From Zoogloea sp. (GTDB lineage: Bacteria > Pseudomonadota > Gammaproteobacteria > Burkholderiales > Rhodocyclaceae): 64,000 bases of DNA. Below, piece after piece: positions 31,261-41,068 of this stretch. The position numbers were made by a program, and so were the translations under genes. Position 1 is the first letter of the stretch. Each line of letters begins with the position of its first letter. The notes below the pieces were generated by a model that saw only the letters and a list, made by a program, of their open reading frames with translations, searched no databases and was not told the origin of the DNA. The stretch covers positions 15,426-79,425 of the forward strand of contig JADKKC010000007.1 in NCBI GenBank assembly GCA_016720685.1, read 5' to 3'.

Positions 31261-31398
31261 TGGAGGCCTCGAAGGACGTAAACAAAGGGTTTGCAGAACG
31301 GCGGCAGAACGACTCGAGAAACGAAAGATCGCAAAAGCCATTATCCTTGCGACTTGAGAAGCGGGGCAAATCCGGCCCCGCATTGCACTGGATGCACC

Positions 31399-31647
31399 AT
31401 GACTTACGAAGAACACCTGGACGAAGTAACAACCCTGATTTTCGAGCGCTTCGGGCTGAGCGAAGCGGCGGCCATCAAGCTGGTGATGCGCGCCCAGGCC
31501 GACGGCTATTTCAGCGAACACGACGACGATCCCACCCTGTGCACCCAGCTGCGCGCCGAGCAGGACGCCAAACGGGTGTTCAAGCAGTACAGCAAGCCGG
31601 TCGATGAGGCACCCGCCAAGTCGCGCCGCCCCGGCCCGCCGCGCTGA
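31399..31647 (+). CDS. hypothetical small acidic protein (82 aa)
   Basis: ATG at 31399 (MTYEEHLDEVTTLIFERFGLSEAAAIKLV...). No family recognised. Confidence 0.45.
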   Translation: MTYEEHLDEVTTLIFERFGLSEAAAIKLVMRAQADGYFSEHDDDPTLCTQLRAEQDAKRVFKQYSKPVDEAPAKSRRPGPPR

Positions 31648-31660
31648 GCCCCCGCTCCCG

Positions 31661-31987
31661 ATGACAAAAACCGGCTGGCTGGCGCTCGTCGCAGCCGTGC
31701 TGCTCGGCGCCCCGGCCTGCGCCGGAACCGGGCAGCCGACGCACCCACTCCAGGTAATCATCGGCTTTGCCGACCCCACCGACGGCGCCGCGCCCGCCAC
31801 CCTCGCGGCGCTCAAAAAAACGAGCGGCGCCAGGGTGAACTTCGTATCGTCGATCTCCGAGCGCAGCCACGCCTACCAGCTGCTTTGTGCTGCCGGCGAC
31901 CCGGCCTGCAGCAAGGCCATTGCGGCGCTCAGGGCAGACCCTTCCATCCGGCAGCTGGATCTCGATCAAAAAAAGGATTTGCGATGA
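31661..31987 (+). CDS. small secreted protein, possible protease propeptide/inhibitor-like partner of the downstream subtilase
   Basis: ATG at 31661 gives a signal peptide (MTKTGWLALVAAVLLGAPACAG). The stop overlaps the ATG of the S8 gene (ATGA), implying translational coupling. The weak resemblance of VIIGFAD...ALKKTSGARVNFV to I9-type propeptides is inference. Confidence 0.5.
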   Translation: MTKTGWLALVAAVLLGAPACAGTGQPTHPLQVIIGFADPTDGAAPATLAALKKTSGARVNFVSSISERSHAYQLLCAAGDPACSKAIAALRADPSIRQLDLDQKKDLR

Positions 31988-33810
31988 AAACCGTTCTCAC
32001 ACTTTGCACAGCCCTGCTGGGGCTGGGCGCGCTGCTCGCCGGCCCTGCCGCAGCCGAGGAGGCCCCCGAGGCGCGGGTCATCGTCAAGCTCAAGCCAGGG
32101 TCACCGCTCAAGCAGATCCAGGCCACCAGCCGGATGAAAAGCCTGGGAGAACGCATCGGCATCACGGCAAAAATGCTCGGCCAGCCCTCGCCCGAACTCC
32201 AGGTGATGCGCGCCAGCGGCATCAGCTCCGAGGCCCTGGCAAGCAGGCTATCCAGAGAATACGACGTGGAATACGCGGTGCCCGACCGCATCAAGCGGAT
32301 CAAGGCCCTGCCCAATGATCCGCTGTTCAGCCACCAGTGGTACCTGCAGGCAGCCAGCCCCACCCAGCTCGCCGCCACCAACGCCCAGGCGGCGTGGGAC
32401 ATCACCTCCGGCACCAGCAACGTGGTGGTTGCGGTGGTGGATACCGGTGTGCGCTTCGAGCACGAGGACCTGACCGCCAAGCTCTTGCCAGGCTACGACT
32501 TCGTGCTCGACGACCTTAACTCCGGCGACGGCCAGCCCGGCCGTGACACCGACGCCTCGGACCCCGGCGACTACCTGTCCACCTCCGATGTCGCCAACGC
32601 CACCCTGCGCGCCATGTGCGGCGGCAGCTTTGCAACCCACAACAGCTCGTGGCACGGCACCCAGGTTGCCGGCATCGTCGCGGCAGAAGCCAACAATTCC
32701 CGCGGCATCGCCGGCATTGGCGGCGCCACCCGCATCCTGCCGATTCGCGCGCTCGGCAAATGTGGCGGCTACGACTCGGACATCATCGCCGGCATGCGCT
32801 GGGCCGCCGGCCTTGCGGTGCCGGGCCTCCCCGCCAACCCGAATCCAGCCCGGATCATCAACCTGAGCCTGGCCGGTGAAGGCACTTGCAGCTCCGCTTA
32901 CGCCAGCGTCGTCGCCGAAATCAGGGCGGTGGGCGCCTTGATCGTGGCGGCCGCCGGCAACGAAACCAGCCCGGTCGAAGAGCCCGCCAACTGCGCCGGC
33001 GTCCTCGGCGTGGCCGGCATCCGCCACATGGGCACCAAGGTGGGCTATTCGAGCTACGGCCCCGAAGTCGGCATCAGCGCCCCGGCCGGCAACTGCGTCA
33101 ACATTCTTACCGGCCAGCCCTGCCTGTTTCCCTTCGTCAATACCATCAACCTGGGCCTGAACGGCCCGCTCGGCAACGGCTACACCGGCGTCAACGACGT
33201 AACGATCGGCACCAGCTTTGCCGTGCCGCTGGTGTCGGGCACGGCCGCGCTGATGCTGGCGGCCAATCCCCTGCTCGGCGAATCCGAGCTGATGGCGCGC
33301 ATCAAGCGCGCAGCCACGGCCTTTCCCGTCGATGCCACCCTGCCCACCTGCCCCGCCGTAACGGCTGACGGCCAGTGCAACTGCACCACCACCACCTGCG
33401 GCGCCGGCATGCTCGATACCGCCGCCGCCGTGGCGCTGGCCCTCGAACCCACAGCCGGCATCACGGTATCCGCAGCGCCCGTCGTCAACACGGCAATCAC
33501 CCTGACCGCAGCCTCCAACGTGTCGCCCGTGAGCTGGCAATGGATCCAGATCAGCGGCCCAGCCACTGGCAGCTTCGGCTCGCCTGCGGCAGCAAGCACC
33601 ACCTTCACCGCCACGTCGGCCGGCAGCTACACGATCCGCCTGACGATCACAGACGCGATCGGGCGCACGACCAGCGCCGACGCCAGCCTCACCGTTGCAT
33701 CCGCCCCGTCCTCGGGCGGCGGCGGAGGGGGCGGCGCCACCGATCTCGCCAGCCTCACCGGCATCCTCGCGCTGGCGCTCTTCGCGGCAAACCGGCGCAA
33801 CCGGGCCTGA
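31984..33810 (+). CDS. secreted S8 family serine peptidase (subtilase) with N-terminal propeptide and GlyGly-CTERM-like tail
   Basis: ATG at 31984 gives a signal peptide, followed by a propeptide (RVIVKLKPG...). The catalytic triad contexts are VAVVDTGV, HGTQVAGIVAA and GTSFAVPLVSG. The C-terminus has a poly-Gly run, a hydrophobic helix (LTGILALALFAA) and a basic end (NRRNRA). Confidence 0.9.
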   Translation: MKTVLTLCTALLGLGALLAGPAAAEEAPEARVIVKLKPGSPLKQIQATSRMKSLGERIGITAKMLGQPSPELQVMRASGISSEALASRLSREYDVEYAVPDRIKRIKALPNDPLFSHQWYLQAASPTQLAATNAQAAWDITSGTSNVVVAVVDTGVRFEHEDLTAKLLPGYDFVLDDLNSGDGQPGRDTDASDPGDYLSTSDVANATLRAMCGGSFATHNSSWHGTQVAGIVAAEANNSRGIAGIGGATRILPIRALGKCGGYDSDIIAGMRWAAGLAVPGLPANPNPARIINLSLAGEGTCSSAYASVVAEIRAVGALIVAAAGNETSPVEEPANCAGVLGVAGIRHMGTKVGYSSYGPEVGISAPAGNCVNILTGQPCLFPFVNTINLGLNGPLGNGYTGVNDVTIGTSFAVPLVSGTAALMLAANPLLGESELMARIKRAATAFPVDATLPTCPAVTADGQCNCTTTTCGAGMLDTAAAVALALEPTAGITVSAAPVVNTAITLTAASNVSPVSWQWIQISGPATGSFGSPAAASTTFTATSAGSYTIRLTITDAIGRTTSADASLTVASAPSSGGGGGGGATDLASLTGILALALFAANRRNRA

Positions 33811-33900
33811 CCATCCGGCGCGGAGCACGCCACGCTCCGCGCCACACCCACTTTACTTTCCCCCTTCCACTTTCACCCTTCCGCGGGCTTGCCTGAAAGA

Positions 33901-33916
33901 CTGTTTATTTATACAG
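33901..33916 (+). promoter_or_regulatory. perfect LexA (SOS) box CTGTTTATTTATACAG
   Basis: Exact CTGT-N8-ACAG with an AT-rich spacer. It ends 7 nt before the dnaE2 ATG. A TTGCCT -35 candidate lies at 33889..33894. Confidence 0.85.
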
Positions 33917-33923
33917 TCAACGC

Positions 33924-36900
33924 ATGTCCGCTGATCCGCGTCCTCCTGCACCCGGTTTTGCCGAGCTCTACGCCCGATCCTGCTTCAGCTTTCTCACCGG
34001 CGCATCCCACCCGGAAGAACTGCTCGAGCAGGCGGCAAGCCTGGGCTACAGCGCCCTGGCCATTACCGACGAATGTTCGCTGGCCGGCGTGGTGCGGGCC
34101 TACGCGGCCTGGCGCCATACGCCGGACGCCCCAAAGCTGATCATCGGCAGCAGCATCCGGTTTGAAAACGGGCCAACGCTGGTGCTTCTAGCCACCGACC
34201 GCGCCGCCTACGGGCAGCTCTCAAGCCTCGTCACCCGCGGGCGGCGGGCGGCCGACAAGGGCAACTACCGCCTCACCCGCCTCGACCTCGCCCGTGGCCT
34301 GCCCGGCTGCCTGGCGCTGCTGGTGCCGCCGGATCTCATCGATCCCGATCCGCACACCCTCGCCACCGACGCCCGCTGGCTGGCCGAGCGCTTTCCCGAC
34401 GCCTGCTGGCTCGCCGCCCCGCTCCACCTGGGGCCGGACGACGCCACCCGGCGCCGCGGGATCAAAGCCGCGGCACAATCCGCCGGCATCCCGGTTGCCG
34501 CCACCTGCGCGCCGCTGATGCACACGGCCTCGCGCAGGCGCCTGGCCGATGTCCTCACCGCCCTGCGCCACCGGGTCACCCTCGACGAGGCCGGCTACCT
34601 GCTCGCCGCCAACGGCGAACAGCGCCTGCAGCCCCGCGAAATCCTCGCCCGTCGCCACCCGCCCGAATGGCTCGCCCAAACCCTCGCCATCGCCGAGCGC
34701 TGCCATTTCTCGCTGGCCGAGCTGCGCTACGAATACCCTCAGGAGATCGTGCCGCCCAAGGCCACGCCGGCCTCCCACCTGCGGGCACTGGTCGGCCACG
34801 GGCTGCGCCACCGTTATCCGCCCGGCCCCGACGGGCACCCGCAGGTGCCCTCAAGCGTCCTGACCCAGGTGGAAAAGGAACTCGCCCTGATTGCAGAGCT
34901 AGGCTACGAAGCCTTCTTCCTCACCGTCGAAGACATCGTCCGTTTTGCCCGCAGCCGGGGCATCCTGTGCCAGGGCCGCGGCTCGGCGGCCAACTCGGTG
35001 GTGTGCTATGCGCTGGGTGTAACGGAAGTCGACCCCGGCGAAGCCAGCCTGCTCTTCGAGCGCTTCATCTCCCGGGAGCGCAACGAGCCACCCGATATCG
35101 ACGTGGATTTCGAACACGACCGGCGCGAAGAAGTCATCCAGTACATCTACACCAAATACGGCCGCGACCGCGCCGCGCTGGCCGCCACGGTGATCCGCTA
35201 CCGCCCCAGGAGCGCCCTGCGCGACGTGGGCCGGGCGCTGGGCTTCGACGTCGGCCAGCTCGATCAGCTCACCCGGCGCCTCGCCTGGTGGGACGGCCGC
35301 CAGGTGGCCCCCGAGCGCGTCCGCGAAGCGGGCCTCGACCCGGACAGCCCGCGGGTGCGCCTGCTGCTTGAACTGGCCAACGAAATCGTCGGTTTTCCCC
35401 GCCATCTTTCCCAACACGTGGGCGGCTTTGTGATCTCACGCGGGCCGCTGGCCGAACTGGTGCCCGTCGAAAACGCCGCAATGGAAGGCCGCACGGTCAT
35501 CCAGTGGGACAAGGACGACATCGAAACCCTGGGCCTGCTCAAGGTGGACGTGCTGGCCCTCGGCATGCTGTCGGCGATCCGCCGCAGCCTGCAACTCGTC
35601 TCCCGCTGGCGCGGCCAGCCTTTCGCGGTGGCCGACATTCCCCGCGAAGTACCGGCGGTGTACGACATGCTCTGCGCCGCCGACGCGATGGGCGTCTTTC
35701 AGGTGGAATCCCGCGCCCAGATGAGCATGCTGCCGCGCCTCAGGCCGCGCTGCTATTACGATCTGGTGGTGGAGGTGGCCATCGTGCGACCGGGGCCGAT
35801 CCAGGGCGGCATGGTCCATCCCTACCTCGGCGCCCGCGAAAAAATCGCCCGCCACGAACCCATCGTCTATCCCCGCCCGGAGATCGAGCCCGTGCTGCGG
35901 CGCACCCACGGCGTGCCGATCTTCCAGGAACAGGTGATGCAGCTGGCCATGGTGGCCGCCGGCTTCAGCGCCGGCGAGGCCGACCAGTTGCGCCGTGCCA
36001 TGGGCGCCTGGGGCCGCAAGGGAGATTTGCTGCGCTACCAGGAAAAACTCACCGCCGGCATGCTCGATCGCGGCTACGAGCGGGATTTTGCCGAGGCCCT
36101 GTGCCGCCAGATCCAGGGTTTCGGCAGCTACGGATTTCCGGAATCCCACGCGGCCAGCTTTGCATTGCTGGTGTATGTGTCCGCCTGGCTCAAGTGCTTC
36201 GAGCCGGCGGCGTTTCTGTGCGGGCTGCTCAACAGCCAGCCGATGGGCTTTTACGGCCCGTCGCAACTCATCCAGGATGCCCGTCGCCACGGCGTCGATG
36301 TCTTGCCCGTGGACGTGCAGGCCAGCGACTGGGCCTGCGGGCTTACGCCCGCGCCAGCCGCTGCCGCTCGCCCCGCGGCCCGCCTCGGCCTGCGGCTGGT
36401 CAAGGGCTTCAACCCGCAGGCCGCCGAACGCATTGCCCAAGCGCGCCGGCATGGCCCCTTTGGGTCGGTCGATGAACTGGCCCGCCGCGCCGGGCTATCC
36501 ACCACCGAGCTGCGCGTGCTGGCCGTGGCCGGTGCGCTGTCCAGCCTGGCCGGGCACCGGCGCCAGGCCCTGTGGGCCGCAGCCGGCAGCCAGGCCGCGC
36601 CCGGCATGCTCCACGATGCGCCGATTCCCGACACGCCTCCGGCCCTTGCCGCGCCGGCCGAAACCCAGGATCTCCTTGCCGACTACGCCCGCCTGGGCTT
36701 CAGCCTCGGTCGGCATCCCCTCAGCTTTCTGCGCGGCCTGCTTGTGGCCGAACGTTTTTTGAGTGCGGCCGAGATTGCCGACTGCCCCGACCGCAAACTG
36801 GCCCGCTGTGCCGGCATCGTCACCTGCCGCCAGCGCCCCGGCACCGCCAAGGGCACAATGTTCGTCACCCTCGAAGATGAAACCGGCTGGGTCAACGTCA

Positions 36901-37076
36901 TCGTGCGGCCCGAACTCCTTGAAGCCGAACGACGCATCCTGCTTGGCGCCACCCTGCTCGGCATCTACGGCCAGATCACCCGCCAGGGCAGCGTGGTGCA
37001 CCTGCACGCCAAACGGGTGGTCGACCGCTCCGCCCTGCTCGGCCACCTCGCCACCCGCAGCCGGGATTTTCACTGA
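33924..37076 (+). CDS. dnaE2: error-prone DNA polymerase DnaE2 (ImuC)
   Basis: 1050 aa. The N-terminal PHP domain reads FAELYARSCFSFLTGASHPEELL. The length is typical of DnaE2 rather than DnaE1. It has its own SOS box, and imuA/imuB are in the same window. Confidence 0.95.
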   Translation: MSADPRPPAPGFAELYARSCFSFLTGASHPEELLEQAASLGYSALAITDECSLAGVVRAYAAWRHTPDAPKLIIGSSIRFENGPTLVLLATDRAAYGQLSSLVTRGRRAADKGNYRLTRLDLARGLPGCLALLVPPDLIDPDPHTLATDARWLAERFPDACWLAAPLHLGPDDATRRRGIKAAAQSAGIPVAATCAPLMHTASRRRLADVLTALRHRVTLDEAGYLLAANGEQRLQPREILARRHPPEWLAQTLAIAERCHFSLAELRYEYPQEIVPPKATPASHLRALVGHGLRHRYPPGPDGHPQVPSSVLTQVEKELALIAELGYEAFFLTVEDIVRFARSRGILCQGRGSAANSVVCYALGVTEVDPGEASLLFERFISRERNEPPDIDVDFEHDRREEVIQYIYTKYGRDRAALAATVIRYRPRSALRDVGRALGFDVGQLDQLTRRLAWWDGRQVAPERVREAGLDPDSPRVRLLLELANEIVGFPRHLSQHVGGFVISRGPLAELVPVENAAMEGRTVIQWDKDDIETLGLLKVDVLALGMLSAIRRSLQLVSRWRGQPFAVADIPREVPAVYDMLCAADAMGVFQVESRAQMSMLPRLRPRCYYDLVVEVAIVRPGPIQGGMVHPYLGAREKIARHEPIVYPRPEIEPVLRRTHGVPIFQEQVMQLAMVAAGFSAGEADQLRRAMGAWGRKGDLLRYQEKLTAGMLDRGYERDFAEALCRQIQGFGSYGFPESHAASFALLVYVSAWLKCFEPAAFLCGLLNSQPMGFYGPSQLIQDARRHGVDVLPVDVQASDWACGLTPAPAAAARPAARLGLRLVKGFNPQAAERIAQARRHGPFGSVDELARRAGLSTTELRVLAVAGALSSLAGHRRQALWAAAGSQAAPGMLHDAPIPDTPPALAAPAETQDLLADYARLGFSLGRHPLSFLRGLLVAERFLSAAEIADCPDRKLARCAGIVTCRQRPGTAKGTMFVTLEDETGWVNVIVRPELLEAERRILLGATLLGIYGQITRQGSVVHLHAKRVVDRSALLGHLATRSRDFH

Positions 37077-38488
37077 TCCATGCTCTTCGAAACCGGAATC
37101 CACATCTCGAAAACATTGCTCTGCACCCCGGCTCGCCCTTCGATGTCACCGCCGTGGGCCCGCGCAATCGAGCGGGTGATCGCAAGACCAAGCCCCGCAC
37201 CGTCACCGGAACTCCGGCGGGCTGCATCCACGCGGTAAAAGCGGTCGAAAAGCCGCGCAAGGTGGGCCGGCGGAATCGGCTCACCGGTGTTTTCAATGGA
37301 GAGGCGCGCCGTGGTGGCGCCCGCATCATCGTGAACAAGGCGGGCCGTCGCGACGATTTCGCCCCCTGCCGGCGTGTAGCGCAGCGCGTTGGACAGCAGG
37401 TTGCCGATGGCGCGGCGCAGCATGAGCCGGTCGGCCACCAGCGGCGCCGAACCCGCCTGGCGCAGGCTGACACCGTTTTCTTCGGCGAGCGCGCCATAAA
37501 AATCGAACAGGGCCGCCACCTCGTCGGCAAGATCGAAGCTTTCGCGGCCAGGCACGATCAGGCCGTTGTCGGCCTTGGCCAGAAAAAGCATGTCGGAAAT
37601 CATGCGCGACAAACGCTCGAATTCCTCGGCATTGGATTCGAGCACGTCACGGTAAGCCTCCGCCGTGCGGTTGCGGGAGAGCGCAACCTGGGTCTGGGTC
37701 ATCAGGTTGCTGACCGGCGTGCGCAGTTCGTGGGCCAGATCGGATGAAAAATCCGACAGCCGCCGGAAGGATTCCTCCAGCCGGGCCAGCATGTCGTTGA
37801 GCGATTCGGCCAGCTCGGCCAGCTCCACCGGTACGGCCTCCACCGACAGGCGCTGGTCGAGGCGCTGGGCGCTGACCTCGCCGGCCTTGCGGCGCATGTC
37901 GCGCAGCGGCGCCAGCCCCCGCCGGGCCACAAACCAGCCGAGCAGGCCGGTTGCCAGCGAGGCCGCCAGAACGACCAACCACAGCGTGCGCATGAACGCA
38001 TCCATGAAGCTGCGGTGGTGGGAAATGTCGATGGCCACCGCCACGAAGGCCGGCGGCGCGTTGGCCATGCCGGTGCGCGCCTCACCGACGATGCCGCGAA
38101 AATCCACGTTGTCGTCCGAACGCCACACCTGCGGCCGGCCGGCAGGCCCGGCCCGCTCGATCAGCGGTGGCGTAAACGACACCCCGTGGGCCGCGAACAG
38201 CATCTGGCCGTCCGGCCCGCGCACCGCAATCGCCATGCCGTGATGGCCGATCAGCGCATCGTCGAGCAGTTGCGGCAGCCCATCCCATTCGCCCGCCGAG
38301 CGAACACGCTCCAGCAGATGGCGGGTCAGCTCGAGCTTGCCGCCAAGCTCGGCCATGTCCTGCTCCTCGAAATGCCCCTCCACCGATCGGACGACTATCT
38401 GACCGAGGATCAGCAGCACCACCGTGGACGCCGCCGCAAACAGCAGCGTCAGCCGGAAGGTAAGCGACTGGCGGCGCACTAAGGACAC
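37070..38488 (-). CDS. cusS: heavy-metal sensor histidine kinase (CusS/CopS family)
   Basis: GTG at 38488 ([17 protein letters not shown]...). Two TM segments and a HAMP domain. H-box [14 protein letters not shown] box [10 protein letters not shown] and G box GAGLGLAI. The 3' end overlaps the dnaE2 3' end by 7 nt (convergent). Confidence 0.9.
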   Translation of the reverse strand: MSLVRRQSLTFRLTLLFAAASTVVLLILGQIVVRSVEGHFEEQDMAELGGKLELTRHLLERVRSAGEWDGLPQLLDDALIGHHGMAIAVRGPDGQMLFAAHGVSFTPPLIERAGPAGRPQVWRSDDNVDFRGIVGEARTGMANAPPAFVAVAIDISHHRSFMDAFMRTLWLVVLAASLATGLLGWFVARRGLAPLRDMRRKAGEVSAQRLDQRLSVEAVPVELAELAESLNDMLARLEESFRRLSDFSSDLAHELRTPVSNLMTQTQVALSRNRTAEAYRDVLESNAEEFERLSRMISDMLFLAKADNGLIVPGRESFDLADEVAALFDFYGALAEENGVSLRQAGSAPLVADRLMLRRAIGNLLSNALRYTPAGGEIVATARLVHDDAGATTARLSIENTGEPIPPAHLARLFDRFYRVDAARRSSGDGAGLGLAITRSIARAHGGDIEGRAGVQSNVFEMWIPVSKSMDQ

Positions 38489-39162
38489 GCCGGATCCTCC
38501 AGCACATAGCCCATGCCCCGCACGGTGCGGATCAGGCGCGGCTCGAAGCCGTCGTCGATCTTGGCGCGCAGGCGCCGCACGGCCACTTCGATCACGTTGG
38601 TGTCGCTGTCGAAGTTCATGTCCCACACCTGGGATGCGATCAGCGAACGCGGCAGCACCTCGCCGTGCCGGCGCAGCAAGAGTTCAAGAAGGGCGAACTC
38701 CTTGGCCGTCAGGTCGATCCTCCGGCCGGCCCGGGTCACCCGTCGGCGCAGCAGGTCCAGCTCCAGATCGGCCACCTGCAGGGCATCCAGTTCCTTGCTC
38801 CGGGTGCCCCGGCGCAGCAGCGTGCGCACCCTGGCCAGCAGCTCCGAAAAGGCGAAGGGCTTGACGAGGTAATCGTCAGCGCCGAGTTCCAGCCCCTTGA
38901 CCCGGTCGTCCACGCTGTCCCTGGCGGTCAGGAACAGCACCGGCATCTCCTTGCCGGCCTTGCGCAGGGCCTGAAGCACGCGCCAGCCGTCGAGCCCCGG
39001 CAACATCACGTCGAGCACGATCAGATCGTAGGCTTCGGTCATGCCGAGATGCAGCCCGTCCATGCCATCACGCACAAGATCCACGCTGAAACCCGCCTCG
39101 ACGAGACCCTGCTTGAGGTAATCCCCGGTTTTGGGTTCGTCCTCGACAATCAAAATCTTCAT
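38479..39162 (-). CDS. cusR: heavy-metal response regulator (CusR/CopR, OmpR family)
   Basis: [16 protein letters not shown] start, a receiver Asp ([10 protein letters not shown]) and a winged-helix C-terminus ([11 protein letters not shown]). Confidence 0.9.
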   Translation of the reverse strand: MKILIVEDEPKTGDYLKQGLVEAGFSVDLVRDGMDGLHLGMTEAYDLIVLDVMLPGLDGWRVLQALRKAGKEMPVLFLTARDSVDDRVKGLELGADDYLVKPFAFSELLARVRTLLRRGTRSKELDALQVADLELDLLRRRVTRAGRRIDLTAKEFALLELLLRRHGEVLPRSLIASQVWDMNFDSDTNVIEVAVRRLRAKIDDGFEPRLIRTVRGMGYVLEDPACP

Positions 39163-39225
39163 CACGGCCTCTCTGCGCCCGGAATCACGGGCACAAGTGT
39201 CGCCCAAACCCTTCCCGCGCCCAAA

Positions 39226-39247
39226 AAGATTACAAAAAAGTAATCTT
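39226..39247. promoter_or_regulatory. perfect inverted repeat AAGATTAC-N6-GTAATCTT in the cusR / cusF divergent region
   Basis: Read directly, with a spacer of AAAAAA. The architecture resembles cop/cus boxes bound by CopR/CusR-type regulators (inference). Confidence 0.55.
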
Positions 39248-39423
39248 CACGACAGCTTCCTGTCGAGGGGCGACGGCCAGAATGGGCTATCCCGATCCAA
39301 CGAGGAGTCGCCACGAAGCTACGCCCCCTTGTCCTGACGTCCCTGCTGATCGGCGCCAACGGCTCCAGCAGCGTATTTGCCCGTCACTGAATCCCGATCA
39401 ATCCCTCCAGAAAGAGCACACTC

Positions 39424-39772
39424 ATGCGCGTCCCTCTCGCACCGGTTTTGGCCGCGATAATCGCCACCGTTTCCGCTTCCGCCTTTGCCGCCCGTTGCCG
39501 CCAACGACCACACCGGTCACGCTAAAACGCACGCAGCGCAGGGCGAAGCCTCCATGCAGATGGCCGACGGCATCGTCAAGAAGGTGGACAAGCCCACCGG
39601 CCGCATTACCGTCTCCCACGGCCCCCTGCCCAACGGAATGCCGGCGATGACCATGGCCTTCCGCGTCAAGGATGCAGCCTGGATCGACAAACTCAAGGAA
39701 GGCGACAAGATCCGCTTCATGGCTGAACAGATAAACGGTGCCATGACGCTGGTGCACATCGAACGCCCCTGA
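39424..39772 (+). pseudogene. cusF: periplasmic copper/silver chaperone CusF, signal peptide separated from mature part by a 1-nt frameshift
   Basis: ATG at 39424 encodes MRVPLAPVLAAIIATVSASAFA. The mature domain (HTGH...ITVSHGPLPNGMPAMTMAFRV..., a CusF Met/His site) is in the frame of ORF 39485..39772. Removing one C of the CCC at 39490..39492 joins them. Confidence 0.72.
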
Positions 39773-39802
39773 TCCGGGCATCACAGGCACGCGGGGTAAA
39801 TC

Positions 39803-41068
39803 ATGAAGAAATACCTGAAATGCGGAGCCCTGGCAGTGCTCGGAGCCTGGTGTGTGCTGGCCCGGGCCCAGGACCCGGCCCTTGGCGCAAACGTCGAATC
39901 GCTGCTCGATTACGCCCGCAGCCGCAACCCGGAATACGCCGCGATGCGCTTCGAGGCCGACGCCGCCGCCGAGCGCGTGGTGCCGGCCGGCGCCCTGCCC
40001 GACCCCAGGCTGCGCACCGAACTGCGCGACATCACGCGCATGGGCGAACAAAACGCCACCCTGCTGCCAGCCCGCGTGGGCAGCACCCGCTATCTCGTCA
40101 TGCAGGATCTGCCCTGGCTCGGCAAGCGCGAGCTGAAGCAGGAGATTGCCGAACTCGAAGCCCGCGGCGCCGAAGGCCGGGCCAGTGGAAGCTGGGCCGA
40201 ACTCGCCGCCCGCATCAAGGCCGCCCATGCCCGGTTCCAGTACGTTTACCGCAGCGAACAGCTGGCGCGGGAAATCCTCGACCTGATGGTGCGCCTCGAG
40301 AAAATCGCGCAGGTACGCTACGCCGGCGGCCTCGCGGCCCAGCAGGACGTGATCCGCGCCCAGGTGGAGCAAACCGGCATGCGCGGCGAACTCATCGCCC
40401 TCGACGCCGAAAGCCGGCAGTTGCAGGCACGCATCAACGCCCTCCTTGCCCGCCCTGCCGCCGCGCCCCTGGATGCACCAGGCCTGCTGCGCCCCCTGCC
40501 GGCGCCGGCCAGCCTCGAGCCCGCCGCACTGGAAGACCGGGTGCGCTCGCGTAACCCCCAGCTTTTCGCCGACGAGGCCCGCCTGCGTTCCGCCGAAAAA
40601 ACGCGCGAGCTGACTTACAAAAACCGCTACCCGGATTTCACCCTCGGCGTGTCGCCCATCCAGTACCAGGGCTCGGTAAAGGAATGGGAGCTGATGCTGG
40701 AACTCAACCTGCCGCTGCAGCAAGGCACCCGCCGGGCGCAGGAGCGCGAAGCGGAAGCCATGCTGTCGGCCGCCCGGTCCCGCCGCGATGCGACCGCCAA
40801 CCAGGTGCTGGGCGAGCTGTCCGGCAATCTCTCGGCCTTCAATGCGGCCCGACGCACCGAAACCCTTACCACCAGCAGCCTGCTCCCCCAGACCGAGCTT
40901 GCCTTCCGGGCGGCCCTCGCGGGCTACGAAACGGGCAAGGTCGATTTCGCCACCCTGCTCGACGCACAGCGTCAAATCCGCCTGGCGCGCCAGGCCAGCC
41001 TCAAGGCCCAGGCCGAAGCCCGGATGAGCCTGGCCGAAATCGAACGCATCCTCGGAGAAGACCTATGA
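39803..41068 (+). CDS. cusC: TolC-family outer-membrane efflux protein (CusC-like)
   Basis: 421 aa with a signal peptide and two OEP repeats. It sits directly upstream of cusB, with an ATGA overlap. Confidence 0.85.
   Translation: MKKYLKCGALAVLGAWCVLARAQDPALGANVESLLDYARSRNPEYAAMRFEADAAAERVVPAGALPDPRLRTELRDITRMGEQNATLLPARVGSTRYLVMQDLPWLGKRELKQEIAELEARGAEGRASGSWAELAARIKAAHARFQYVYRSEQLAREILDLMVRLEKIAQVRYAGGLAAQQDVIRAQVEQTGMRGELIALDAESRQLQARINALLARPAAAPLDAPGLLRPLPAPASLEPAALEDRVRSRNPQLFADEARLRSAEKTRELTYKNRYPDFTLGVSPIQYQGSVKEWELMLELNLPLQQGTRRAQEREAEAMLSAARSRRDATANQVLGELSGNLSAFNAARRTETLTTSSLLPQTELAFRAALAGYETGKVDFATLLDAQRQIRLARQASLKAQAEARMSLAEIERILGEDL

Noticed and set aside
33709-33807. PEP-CTERM/exosortase signal on the S8 protease.
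   Set aside because: No Pro-Glu-Pro motif precedes the helix. A Gly run followed by a helix and a basic tail fits GlyGly-CTERM better.
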